From positions 58,087 to 122,086 of IMG/VR virus record IMGVR_UViG_3300005805_000050: 64,000 nucleotides of DNA; one strand, given 5' to 3'. Of this stretch, positions 55,071-63,912 are shown one piece after another. A program made the position numbers and the translations under genes. Below the pieces are notes generated by a model, which ran no database searches, was not told where the DNA came from, and saw only the letters and a list, made by a program, of their open reading frames with translations. Positions within the stretch are counted from its first letter, which is position 1, and the number at the start of each line of letters is the position of its first letter. The stretch is from a virus.

Positions 55071-55262
55071 ATGAACCCAGACAGACCAAAACCAGACGAA
55101 CGAGTGTGCTACAACTGTAAGCACATGTTGTGGATGGTAGGCATTGGCCAAGGCGTAAGATGTGGATACGTGATAGACGATAAAAAATTGCCACCTATGA
55201 TACCACACTTACGACACACGTGCGATAAATTTGAATTCAAAACTAAACAACAAGATCAATGA
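55071..55262 (+). CDS. small Cys-rich protein
   Basis: CYNCKH...C...C. Confidence 0.65.
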   Translation: MNPDRPKPDERVCYNCKHMLWMVGIGQGVRCGYVIDDKKLPPMIPHLRHTCDKFEFKTKQQDQ

Positions 55263-55633
55263 AAAACACTTACAAGTTCAAGAAAGATGTACCATTTCAA
55301 GAGTGGATGAAGGACATCATGGATGTTTGGGGAAAATACCTCATGGAAGATTTCGATAAGATAGGCATAGATCCTTACGCGCTGACTGAGGAGAATTTCT
55401 ATGAGACACTCAAGCCATTCGGAGAGCTGTACAACAGAGACTGGAATCTATATAGAATCGGCAAATACACCTCGGTCAGGAACTATAAGAGCAGTAGAGG
55501 CGAAACACTGCAGCAGTTCAACTTTGGTAGAGAGCTATCCAACTTTGGGCATTGGAGCAACGGTGAATACTTAGGTAGCTCTGTGTACGAAAATCCTAAT
55601 CCCAATATAGATACAAGTCGAGAGGGCACATAA
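55259..55633 (+). CDS. hypothetical protein
   Basis: ATGA overlap. Confidence 0.7.
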   Translation: MKNTYKFKKDVPFQEWMKDIMDVWGKYLMEDFDKIGIDPYALTEENFYETLKPFGELYNRDWNLYRIGKYTSVRNYKSSRGETLQQFNFGRELSNFGHWSNGEYLGSSVYENPNPNIDTSREGT

Positions 55634-55648
55634 TTAGAATAAAGAAGC

Positions 55649-56326
55649 ATGAATAAAGAACTGGTTATAGCCACATATAATAGCACATATGATTGGATAC
55701 AGAGCATTGGCTCTGAGGTGAAAGTCACTGTCTACAATAAGGGACACATAATAAATTCCAATGAGATCCCTTTATTAAACGTAGGAAGGGACGTACACAC
55801 GTTCTTTTACCATCTTGCCACGAACTACGATAAATTGGCCGATTATACATTCTTCTCTCAAGACAACCCTTTCGATCACGTTGAAAATTATGTAGAGGTA
55901 ATAAATTGCGAAGACGAATCGCTTCTGCACTATCATGCTAAAAAAATAATAGGCGGATGCTGGTTTTTTAACACGTACAGTGACGATTCATACAGAAAAT
56001 ACAACTTACACCTGCCTCCACACGAATGGAGAAACGATGTTGGACACGGATCTATAAAGGATTTGAGATGCGACAAACGCGGTGAAATCCATCACGGTGG
56101 TTTACAGGTGGAAGAGATGTGGAACGAGCTCTTCTTAAATGCTATGCCGAGCTACATATACTTCGTACCAGCTGGTCATTTCTGTGTAAGAAAGGATCAA
56201 GTATATAAGAGACCTAAATACTTCTATGAACGGGTGGTAACGCTGTTAGAGAAACATCCACAATCTCCGTGGATAATAGAAAGACTTGAAGGTTATGTAT
56301 TCGATAACAACTACATAATAAAATGA
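55649..56326 (+). CDS. DUF3431-like protein
   Basis: LVIATYN, LLNVGRD.HT...H....YD.L, F.Q.NPFDH, F.V.K..V, W..ER. Confidence 0.75.
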   Translation: MNKELVIATYNSTYDWIQSIGSEVKVTVYNKGHIINSNEIPLLNVGRDVHTFFYHLATNYDKLADYTFFSQDNPFDHVENYVEVINCEDESLLHYHAKKIIGGCWFFNTYSDDSYRKYNLHLPPHEWRNDVGHGSIKDLRCDKRGEIHHGGLQVEEMWNELFLNAMPSYIYFVPAGHFCVRKDQVYKRPKYFYERVVTLLEKHPQSPWIIERLEGYVFDNNYIIK

Positions 56327-56610
56327 TTTCATTATCTGTGGCTTTACAAATTCTCGGATCCCTATGCGTATTCGTAGGATATTACCTTAACTCGAAGAAC
56401 CACTCCAGACAGCATATGGCTTTCATAGGAGGCCACATATTTCTGTTACTATTCAGTATCGTTGAACAAAAGTGGGTACTTGCATTACTATCTGTGTTCA
56501 TAATTGTCATGCAATACAGGACATCGAAACGCAAGTGGAAATTCAAGAGGGATATGGTTCGAGTGAAGCGCATAAAGAAAAAGATTCCAGTGTATAAACC
56601 AAAAACTTAG
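56323..56610 (+). CDS. membrane protein
   Basis: Three hydrophobic segments and a basic tail. Confidence 0.65.
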   Translation: MISLSVALQILGSLCVFVGYYLNSKNHSRQHMAFIGGHIFLLLFSIVEQKWVLALLSVFIIVMQYRTSKRKWKFKRDMVRVKRIKKKIPVYKPKT

Positions 56611-56643
56611 ATTTTTTATTATCAACGGGATTTGATATATTTA
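56609..56643 (+). promoter_or_regulatory. sigma-A-like promoter AGATTT-N21-TATATTTA
   Basis: Intergenic; aggttATG downstream. Confidence 0.6.
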
Positions 56644-56666
56644 CCCAGATTTACAACAAAAAGGTT

Positions 56667-57125
56667 ATGTCACAGAAAACAAATTTCATTGAGGACGTGA
56701 AATCTCTTGGTCCTCACAGCAAACTCGAAGGCGACCACCTAAATTGTGCAGTGTTGGCCTTGAGTAAAGCCTTCCAAATTCCATACGACAAGGCGGACGA
56801 ATTCGCTACCATGTCTTGGCAAAGAAAACGTCGTCATACGACCAAACGTTCGAAGATCACTCAGAGCTTTACGGACTACAAAGACAACATGTTCGGCAAA
56901 CGAGTGAAAGAGGTCAGCGCACTTAACGAGTATAAAACTCCACAGAAGCTGATCAAATGCAGATCGAAGCTGTATACGTTCGCAGAGAAACATAAGACTG
57001 GAACGTATTACGTATTCGTACGTAAGCATTGCACAGTCATTCACGAAGGCAAGATATTAGACGACACGCTGCGGGGAATGCAAGTAGAAAAGGTGTATAA
57101 AGTAGAGCAAGCGCAAGCTAAATAA
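56667..57125 (+). CDS. hypothetical phage protein
   Basis: NCAVLALSKAFQIPYDKA and H..VI..G pattern; Cys/His dyad possible. Confidence 0.7.
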   Translation: MSQKTNFIEDVKSLGPHSKLEGDHLNCAVLALSKAFQIPYDKADEFATMSWQRKRRHTTKRSKITQSFTDYKDNMFGKRVKEVSALNEYKTPQKLIKCRSKLYTFAEKHKTGTYYVFVRKHCTVIHEGKILDDTLRGMQVEKVYKVEQAQAK

Positions 57126-57130
57126 GAGCT

Positions 57131-57343
57131 ATGATTAAAATAGAACTATGTCCCAATTGCGGAGGTCAAGGCACCACCGAATTGAGAGAGCGCGGAGGTT
57201 ACGTGACCACAAAATGCGATCGATGCGAAGGAACTGGTAGATTGCAACACGTGACTTACAGCACTTACATCCCATTCGGCGCCACATTGGATCCAAACAC
57301 AGACGAAAAAATACACAAACTAATAAACAAACTTAAAAAATGA
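57131..57343 (+). CDS. DnaJ-type CxxCxGxG Zn-finger protein
   Basis: CPNCGGQG and CDRCEGTG. Confidence 0.8.
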   Translation: MIKIELCPNCGGQGTTELRERGGYVTTKCDRCEGTGRLQHVTYSTYIPFGATLDPNTDEKIHKLINKLKK

Positions 57344-57651
57344 GCAAATTTAGAAGCACATACAGACCCGGCTTCACGATGACATTCGAGAACGGATGGA
57401 CAATCTCCGTACAGTGGCACACCGGTGCGTACTGCGATCGCAGATCTTTAGAACACGCTATCGACGATTTCAACGATAGGCCCGAGGGTCGAGGTCAAGC
57501 GGCAGAATCCACCACGGCAGAGATCGCCATATGGGACAAAGAAGGCAACTGGTACAACTTCGGAAGCGATGAGGTATTAGGTTACCAGACGGCAGATCAA
57601 GTAGCGAAATGGATCGAAGTAACTAAATCACTTAAACCAATAGAACAATGA
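57340..57651 (+). CDS. hypothetical phage protein
   Basis: FENGWTISVQW...AEIAIW. Confidence 0.7.
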   Translation: MSKFRSTYRPGFTMTFENGWTISVQWHTGAYCDRRSLEHAIDDFNDRPEGRGQAAESTTAEIAIWDKEGNWYNFGSDEVLGYQTADQVAKWIEVTKSLKPIEQ

Positions 57652-57827
57652 AATCAGAAGACATTATTATGTTAGTATTCGTAGGAATTATCGCAGTGGG
57701 TATACCCCTCCTCCTATGGTATATGTTCAACGAGAAGAAGAGGGAAGAGGAACGAGAACGAGAGGAGTGGAATCGTAAGAACTACGAGAAGTTGTACGGA
57801 AAACCGTATCCTGGAAAGAAGAAATGA
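57648..57827 (+). CDS. 59-aa single-pass membrane protein
   Basis: ATGA overlap; TM plus charged tail. Confidence 0.55.
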   Translation: MKSEDIIMLVFVGIIAVGIPLLLWYMFNEKKREEEREREEWNRKNYEKLYGKPYPGKKK

Positions 57828-57852
57828 GTAAGACAATTAAACAATAAAAGTT

Positions 57853-58326
57853 ATGGGATTAGACATGTATTTGTATCGTAAATCTTGGGTAGACAGCTCC
57901 GAGTGGGTGAAACCCGAGTACCGCGCAGAAATCAAGATGACAAAGGGCGGCAAGGAAGCGGACACCTCAAAGATCCGCTACATCGTGGAAGAGGTCGGTT
58001 ACTGGAGAAAGGCAAACGCCATCCATAAGTGGTTCGTTGAAAACGTGCAGAACGGAGAAGACGATTGTGGAGAGTACGAGGTGAGTCAAGAGCAACTAAA
58101 GGAACTCAGGGATTTGTGCGCCAAGGCCAAATACACTATGGAAATGGGGGATCACAGCGTTGCGCAGAAAGAGTTACCAACCCACTCTGGTTTCTTTTTC
58201 GGTGACACCGGCTACGGGGAGTATTACATAGAGGACCTTAATTCCACTATTGAAATCATCGATAGAATCTTGGTAAGCAAAGATCAGAATCTTATGAGTA
58301 CTTTCATGTATAGCTCTAGTTGGTAA
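57853..58326 (+). CDS. MGLDMYL-type phage protein
   Basis: MGLDMYL, YWRKANAIHKWF, GFFFGDT.Y...Y, YSSSW. Confidence 0.8.
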   Translation: MGLDMYLYRKSWVDSSEWVKPEYRAEIKMTKGGKEADTSKIRYIVEEVGYWRKANAIHKWFVENVQNGEDDCGEYEVSQEQLKELRDLCAKAKYTMEMGDHSVAQKELPTHSGFFFGDTGYGEYYIEDLNSTIEIIDRILVSKDQNLMSTFMYSSSW

Positions 58327-58354
58327 GCGTATATTTATAATAAACTAAAGTTGT

Positions 58355-58708
58355 ATGACAGAAAAAGAGAAATCAGTTTACGACGTTCTAATTCCTTGGG
58401 CTACTAGTATCCGAGACAGTAAGAAGAAGAACTTATCAAAAACAGAAGTTGTGGATATCATAGACACGGCTTTCAAAAACAAGCAGACAGTAGAAGTCAA
58501 CGTAGAACAACGTGGACCCGTAAAATTTGAAGGCCTTACTCAAGAACAGGTGGAGGTATTCTTAAAGATTTTTGACGGGTATAAAGCAGATCTCGACAGT
58601 AAATCAATGGTCGGAAAAGCAACCATCATAAAGAATACCCCTCCGTTGGAAGAGTTCGAAGAAGTAAAATCGAAAAATAAACCAAAGTCTACGCCACCCG
58701 TAGAATAA
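58355..58708 (+). CDS. hypothetical protein
   Basis: ATATTTATA at 58331-58339. Confidence 0.7.
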   Translation: MTEKEKSVYDVLIPWATSIRDSKKKNLSKTEVVDIIDTAFKNKQTVEVNVEQRGPVKFEGLTQEQVEVFLKIFDGYKADLDSKSMVGKATIIKNTPPLEEFEEVKSKNKPKSTPPVE

Positions 58709-58714
58709 ATCGTT

Positions 58715-59485
58715 ATGAGATACACAAGCTCAATGCACGAGATACTCAATCTCCACTGCAACCACCTGAATCAGGATGCCAAGAATTACTTCATAGACAA
58801 GTATCAGCGCGAGTTGCAGGAAATGTACAAGGGACACTTAGAATATATAGATAGTCCATACGACAAAGACGAAACTCCAGAAGAGTATATAATAGTGTCT
58901 GAGGATCCTAAGTTGCATTGGAAGTATTATGATGTCAAGGGTAAACGAGTATTGGATTTAGGATGCGGAAGGGCAGATGCCAGTTCTATAGAGCAAACCA
59001 CACCTTATTACTTTAATTCACAAGAGGCCGCATTTGTTGTAGCTGTGGACAGTTGGGAAGAAGACATAGAATACTTCAAAAAGAATCTGCATAACAAAGA
59101 CAAATTCGAATTCATTTACGATAGGATACACTCTGCTGACCAAATACGGGATTACATCAAGAGGTACAAGATCAATAGCGTGAAGTGTGATATAGAACAC
59201 ATGGAGAAAGTCCTATTAGAAATGACTAAAGAGGATTTTGAAGGCGTGGATAACATAGCTTTAGAAGTGCACACTCATCAATTGAAGGATGCATTGATAC
59301 CCAAACTAAAAGAGTTCGGATTCTATGTTAACGTTGAGGCTCCTCATACGGCTTGCGTATTCATTCAAGTGTTGTTTTGCACCAGAAAAAAAACATCAGA
59401 GCAACCCGCTCAAATTGAAATCGAACTTCCTAAATCCACGAAGAAAGTGTCTTCGGACCTAGAAGAGTTTTCTTACATGCTATGA
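58715..59485 (+). CDS. class I SAM methyltransferase-like protein
   Basis: KRVLDLGCG, VAVD, VKCDIE..E, LEVH (FkbM-like tail). Confidence 0.65.
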   Translation: MRYTSSMHEILNLHCNHLNQDAKNYFIDKYQRELQEMYKGHLEYIDSPYDKDETPEEYIIVSEDPKLHWKYYDVKGKRVLDLGCGRADASSIEQTTPYYFNSQEAAFVVAVDSWEEDIEYFKKNLHNKDKFEFIYDRIHSADQIRDYIKRYKINSVKCDIEHMEKVLLEMTKEDFEGVDNIALEVHTHQLKDALIPKLKEFGFYVNVEAPHTACVFIQVLFCTRKKTSEQPAQIEIELPKSTKKVSSDLEEFSYML

Positions 59486-59629
59486 GTACCATATTGGTAT
59501 TTTTTAATCCCATATTGGAACTCAATGAATTTTTGGTGTTTATTATTTCGCACCAAATACGCAATCACTAAGTTGGCACAGTATTTTGTTATATTAGAAA
59601 TGTAACAAACGCACAACCAAAAAAACACA

Positions 59630-60550
59630 ATGAAAACAATCAAATCAATCATCGCATTTGTCGCCATTATAGTAGTGGCCGCATCGTGCAATCTCCCTTT
59701 CGGAGATTCAACTAATCTCAACCCTAAGTATCCTACTGTGGATAACATGAATGCCTCAAGCGCAGCTCCTATCGCTGGTTCTTACGTCAACACTTTCACT
59801 AAGAGTACTGACAGCAAGACTCTGACGGTCACCATCGACCAGAGCACAGCGAAGAACATCAGCCACATCAACTTCACACTGACTGGTTGCGATGGAACTG
59901 CGCTCGACATCAATAACATCACAGGCTTCACTGCTAACGGAGTGGACGTGATGTCTAAACTGGGTACCACAGAGGGTCAAGGTAACTCCTGCTACGGTCT
60001 ATTGCCGAATCCGTTCGTTAAGTTGGACCTCGGTTTCACCACGCCGACAGTAACGTTGGTCATCACGCTCGACACGCCTGTGATGTCGGGTCAGATGCTC
60101 ATCAAGTCCGCTCAAGACTGTTGGGGACTCAACGATCCCAAGTTCATGTTCACTCTGACATGTCCAGATAAAGTAGCAAAGTGCTACCAAGATGAAACCG
60201 CGTGGGTTTCAGGCACACGCTATGTTACTCGTGGCAACTGGGCAACATATGCTGCGTATCAAGTTGGAACTGTAAATGTATACGCGGGTAAAAACCTATT
60301 CGCTGGAACTGCAACGTTCTCGGCTGTCGTGAATGGTAAAGTAACCATCACTATCGCGCTCAATGAGGGTTGGACCCTGCAAGAGGTAAGCAATCCGATT
60401 AAGATCCAGAACTACAGCGTGGCACCTACAGGCAATCCCTCACCCGGTCGCTTCGCATTCAAGGGATCTTCACTCACAGTTGAGGTACCCTTGGACAAGT
60501 TCTACGGCATACACCTTGACGTCAGACAAGCTGTTGACTGTCCGCTATGA
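59630..60550 (+). CDS. Bacteroidota-type surface lipoprotein, beta-rich
   Basis: Signal ending VAASC; Thr-rich strands; ETAW..GTRY...GNWATY. Confidence 0.75.
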   Translation: MKTIKSIIAFVAIIVVAASCNLPFGDSTNLNPKYPTVDNMNASSAAPIAGSYVNTFTKSTDSKTLTVTIDQSTAKNISHINFTLTGCDGTALDINNITGFTANGVDVMSKLGTTEGQGNSCYGLLPNPFVKLDLGFTTPTVTLVITLDTPVMSGQMLIKSAQDCWGLNDPKFMFTLTCPDKVAKCYQDETAWVSGTRYVTRGNWATYAAYQVGTVNVYAGKNLFAGTATFSAVVNGKVTITIALNEGWTLQEVSNPIKIQNYSVAPTGNPSPGRFAFKGSSLTVEVPLDKFYGIHLDVRQAVDCPL

Positions 60551-60652
60551 CAACTACTACTACAAGAGAACAGGAGCTGCTGGATAAACTCAAGAACGTC
60601 TTGTTCTACATATCAATAACACTATAATAAGGTTGGACATGTTACAGAATTT

Positions 60653-60675
60653 GGGGAGTGAAAGCTCCCCTTTTT
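60653..60675 (+). terminator. intrinsic terminator
   Basis: GGGGAG-TGAAAG-CTCCCC followed by T5. Confidence 0.8.
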
Positions 60676-60699
60676 CTTTTTCCCCGATATTTATTTAAT

Positions 60700-61059
60700 A
60701 TGATAAAGCTAGAATCTTTATTGAATGAACTGGAGTTTGGATCCGGATTGGGTTCCACTGAACCAGATTACAAGGAGGTTCCTATGTCAGTGAGCTTACA
60801 ATATGTTACTCGTAGCGGATATAAGGCCACACCTAAAACAGTAAGTGGTATGGGAAGATTAACAAATATATCAAATACTGCGTATCCTATAATTCAAATA
60901 GATGTAGAGGGAGACCATCCTATTAAGATCATATGGAAGAGCAATCTAAAGGCATATACGCTATTCAATGAGAACAATATAATCGTAGAACCCAATGACG
61001 AGAACTCTTTGAATATGATGATAAAATTACGTAAAAAATCAGAATACCAAGGATTATGA
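60700..61059 (+). CDS. hypothetical protein starting MIKLESLLNE
   Basis: ATG 60700 lies 5 nt after ATATTTAT (60687-60694). Confidence 0.7.
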   Translation: MIKLESLLNELEFGSGLGSTEPDYKEVPMSVSLQYVTRSGYKATPKTVSGMGRLTNISNTAYPIIQIDVEGDHPIKIIWKSNLKAYTLFNENNIIVEPNDENSLNMMIKLRKKSEYQGL

Positions 61060-61286
61060 CACCTAAAGAATTTTGCCTGTGGCTGGATGGTTACATACAG
61101 TCTCACAATAACATCGACGTCGATCACGATGAGTATGATTACGATTTTAAGATCGACATAATACAAAAATTCAAAGAGGTGGACTTTGAAAACTCGCGAG
61201 AGTGCTCATGCAAAATTAAATCACGTAGAGATCATCAAGAGTATTGGAAAGATGTTATAGACGATTTGGAACAGTGGGTAAAATAA
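61056..61286 (+). CDS. hypothetical phage protein
   Basis: MTPKEFCLWLDGY. Confidence 0.7.
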   Translation: MTPKEFCLWLDGYIQSHNNIDVDHDEYDYDFKIDIIQKFKEVDFENSRECSCKIKSRRDHQEYWKDVIDDLEQWVK

Positions 61287-61296
61287 ACAATGATTT

Positions 61297-62190
61297 ATGG
61301 TTATAAGCGAAAAAATATTGGTGTGTTATCACCCGTGTGGACCTACATTTAGAAAGAGCGTATATGATCACCTAGTTAAACACTATGTGGACGACGACAA
61401 TGTTTACTATTTCATATTAACGGACGACAAAGATTATTTCAAAGACGTTCCAAGAAAAAACGTAATAGCCAAAAATCTAAAGGACTTCTACGAAAGGTTT
61501 CCTGAAATAGAGCCATACGAAAGGTATTTAGAGAGTACGGATCAAAACGATTACGCCCAAAAATATTACGAACAAAACTTCTTATTTCCTTTTACGGTGC
61601 TTAGATTCTGTTATTTACAGGCCATAGATATGGGAATAACGAACGTAGCTATAATGTGCACGGACACAAAGGTCGATTTTGCTGTTATAGAGAGTTTGTT
61701 ACACACGAAACACTTTTTCCACGGTGCCATCAATAGGTGGTTCGAACCTAAAACGGATCCTCTAATAGCGGACGTAGTAGAGTGGATAAATAGTAAGGGT
61801 TTGCAAGTGAGCGATGAGGTCCCTGTGTGGGATTCTGCAGGTAAGCTGTTTCTATCTAGAAGCATTGAAGACATGAAACACTTCTTCAATCTTTGGCACG
61901 AATTGTGTATGTATCTTTGGGAAACAGGGAAGATGAATAAATATCCTCACAAAGGACACTACGTAATACACGACGAACACATCGTATCTCCATTATACAA
62001 TGTTGTAGGATTTGATATGTGGTTGTCTTATCAACATAGTCAACCTCACATATTCCATGTTCATCACAATCCAGATAAAGAGAGATGGTGGAACTCTCCA
62101 AATCCTAAGTATAAATTGTCCACTAACTTTGAAGAGTTTTTAGCGATCAATAACATAACCGAAGCTGATTTAGACAGATGGCCATCATAA
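61297..62190 (+). CDS. putative GT-A-like protein
   Basis: YFILTDD, F...RF, DTKVD (DxD-like), HDEH. Confidence 0.45.
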   Translation: MVISEKILVCYHPCGPTFRKSVYDHLVKHYVDDDNVYYFILTDDKDYFKDVPRKNVIAKNLKDFYERFPEIEPYERYLESTDQNDYAQKYYEQNFLFPFTVLRFCYLQAIDMGITNVAIMCTDTKVDFAVIESLLHTKHFFHGAINRWFEPKTDPLIADVVEWINSKGLQVSDEVPVWDSAGKLFLSRSIEDMKHFFNLWHELCMYLWETGKMNKYPHKGHYVIHDEHIVSPLYNVVGFDMWLSYQHSQPHIFHVHHNPDKERWWNSPNPKYKLSTNFEEFLAINNITEADLDRWPS

Positions 62191-62516
62191 AATATATCTT
62201 ACTACTTGCTTTGTTGCTCTCTTCGTGCGGTATCGTGATAGAAGTGCAAGACACAGACGATCTGTATATTCAGAGATCTATAGGAATGAAACCACGAGTG
62301 CACGTAAGATCATATGTGCCGGCAAACACCTATTACTATCCAGATATAGAACCATATTATAGTTACAGATATAACACGTGGTTCGTAAGACCAGTGGGCA
62401 CTATAATAATAAAAGAGGCTCCTAAATATGATTACGGCAAAAGACCAACTCGTGGCACTCGAGAGAATATTCACCACCAACAAAATAGCTCTACACACCG
62501 AAGAGGAAGACAGTAA
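62178..62516 (+). CDS. putative lipoprotein
   Basis: Signal ending LLSSC; Tyr/Arg-rich low-complexity tail. Confidence 0.65.
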   Translation: MAIIKYILLLALLLSSCGIVIEVQDTDDLYIQRSIGMKPRVHVRSYVPANTYYYPDIEPYYSYRYNTWFVRPVGTIIIKEAPKYDYGKRPTRGTRENIHHQQNSSTHRRGRQ

Positions 62517-62558
62517 TAATCTCACGGCAATTTGGTATATTTAATAAATGAAGCAGTT

Positions 62559-62729
62559 ATGACCACCGAAAACAGAAAAACAACAGCCACTATTTTACGA
62601 GTGCTAGCACTAATAATGTTAGTACTTGCTATATTATCTTGTGCTCACACCCAACGTGTAAGAAGTACAGAAGGTCGAAGCCTCGATAATCGGGGTTGGG
62701 AAGACGACGATGATCTCGAAATCTATTAA
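62559..62729 (+). CDS. small putative lipoprotein
   Basis: gttATG at 62559; signal ending AILSC. Confidence 0.55.
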   Translation: MTTENRKTTATILRVLALIMLVLAILSCAHTQRVRSTEGRSLDNRGWEDDDDLEIY

Positions 62730-62747
62730 CACTAAACACAAAAAGTT

Positions 62748-62954
62748 ATGGAACAAAACAAAAATACCCGATTAAAACAGACCGCAGTAGAATACCTACA
62801 TGATGTGTGGAAAACACGGGATTTAGAACCTTATCACTTTTTGAAGGCAAAGGAAATGGAGTACGAGCAGATCTGTGAGGCGTTTGATGGATTTCCTAAG
62901 GAGACCAAATCTGTACTCGGTGAAGACTACTACAGAACGGTTTATGGAGACTGA
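62748..62954 (+). CDS. hypothetical phage protein
   Basis: KQTAVE.L...KAKEME..QI. Confidence 0.7.
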   Translation: MEQNKNTRLKQTAVEYLHDVWKTRDLEPYHFLKAKEMEYEQICEAFDGFPKETKSVLGEDYYRTVYGD

Positions 62955-63147
62955 ACTTACAGCGGTTAATTTTCTAAAGGAAGAATTCAAGAAGTACGTA
63001 AATTGGCAGACGTACGCCATGAGCTATCGAGGATTGTCTCAGGAAGACGATATTCGGCAGGTCGAGTACTATACAACCAACCACTTCTTGAAAGCCCTGG
63101 AGAAAGCAGAAGAGATGGAGAGACAGCAGATACTTAAAGTTAAATAG
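62944..63147 (+). CDS. hypothetical protein, paralogous to 62748
   Basis: TAVNFL...KAEEMERQQI; ATG 62944 preferred. Confidence 0.6.
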   Translation: METELTAVNFLKEEFKKYVNWQTYAMSYRGLSQEDDIRQVEYYTTNHFLKALEKAEEMERQQILKVK

Positions 63148-63148
63148 A

Positions 63149-63433
63149 ATGATAAAGTGGATATATCCCCCGTGCGGTAATTGTCCAGTACAGGCAGAAG
63201 GCTATTTCATGGGTCAATACTTCTATTTCAGAAGTCGTGGCACCGTGGCAAGAATAGATTTCTCAAAGACAGAGACCTATTGGGACAAAGACCTCATTGA
63301 TACTAGATACGAACTGTGGCACACGCGGGTTGAGGGAGCAGCTGGATGGTTGCCTCGCTGGTTCTGTCGAGTGTTGATATGGTGGGGGTGCTTGAGATAT
63401 CTTTTTAAGAAAGATAAAAACAAAACTATATGA
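63149..63433 (+). CDS. hypothetical protein
   Basis: GNCPVQAEG...FYFRSRG. Confidence 0.7.
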   Translation: MIKWIYPPCGNCPVQAEGYFMGQYFYFRSRGTVARIDFSKTETYWDKDLIDTRYELWHTRVEGAAGWLPRWFCRVLIWWGCLRYLFKKDKNKTI

Positions 63434-63906
63434 AAGACGTAGTGATATTTCCCGGTTACAAAGACAAAGGAGGATTTGTACATTTCAGAGACATCACATT
63501 GAGTGATATTCGTGCAGTCTTCTTTCCTAAAAACTCTCACGAAAAGTATTCCTATTTGGGTTCAGTACCATCCGAACAAGAAGGTGACTTTTTCAAAGCA
63601 ATGGAGCCACTTGTGATATTCATGGACTACAAAGCAAGACCTTGGTGGTGTCCCCGTTTTGTGTTGAGGTTTCTACACCTTTTCGGCATGGACAATTCAT
63701 TAGTCCGAGTTCGTAACCGATGGATGGCAAACCTTTTGACACAATTAACAAAAGGCATCCTCCTATATGATTGGAAAACCAAATGGGAATGGTACGACCT
63801 ACGCATCAGCATCCATGGTACTGATCAGATGTGGTGGTTGGCTGACGCAATAGAGAGACACTACTACGAGGAAGGCAAAAGAAAAGAAGAGGAAGAAAAC
63901 AAATAA
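63430..63906 (+). CDS. hypothetical protein
   Basis: Open frame, Trp-rich. Confidence 0.7.
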   Translation: MKDVVIFPGYKDKGGFVHFRDITLSDIRAVFFPKNSHEKYSYLGSVPSEQEGDFFKAMEPLVIFMDYKARPWWCPRFVLRFLHLFGMDNSLVRVRNRWMANLLTQLTKGILLYDWKTKWEWYDLRISIHGTDQMWWLADAIERHYYEEGKRKEEEENK

Positions 63907-63912
63907 AAGTTA

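Noticed and set aside
60547-60627. 26-codon ORF MTTTTTREQELL... with an ACT microsatellite
   Set aside because: Too short, no homology cue, and the ACT run has only about four units; unsupported.
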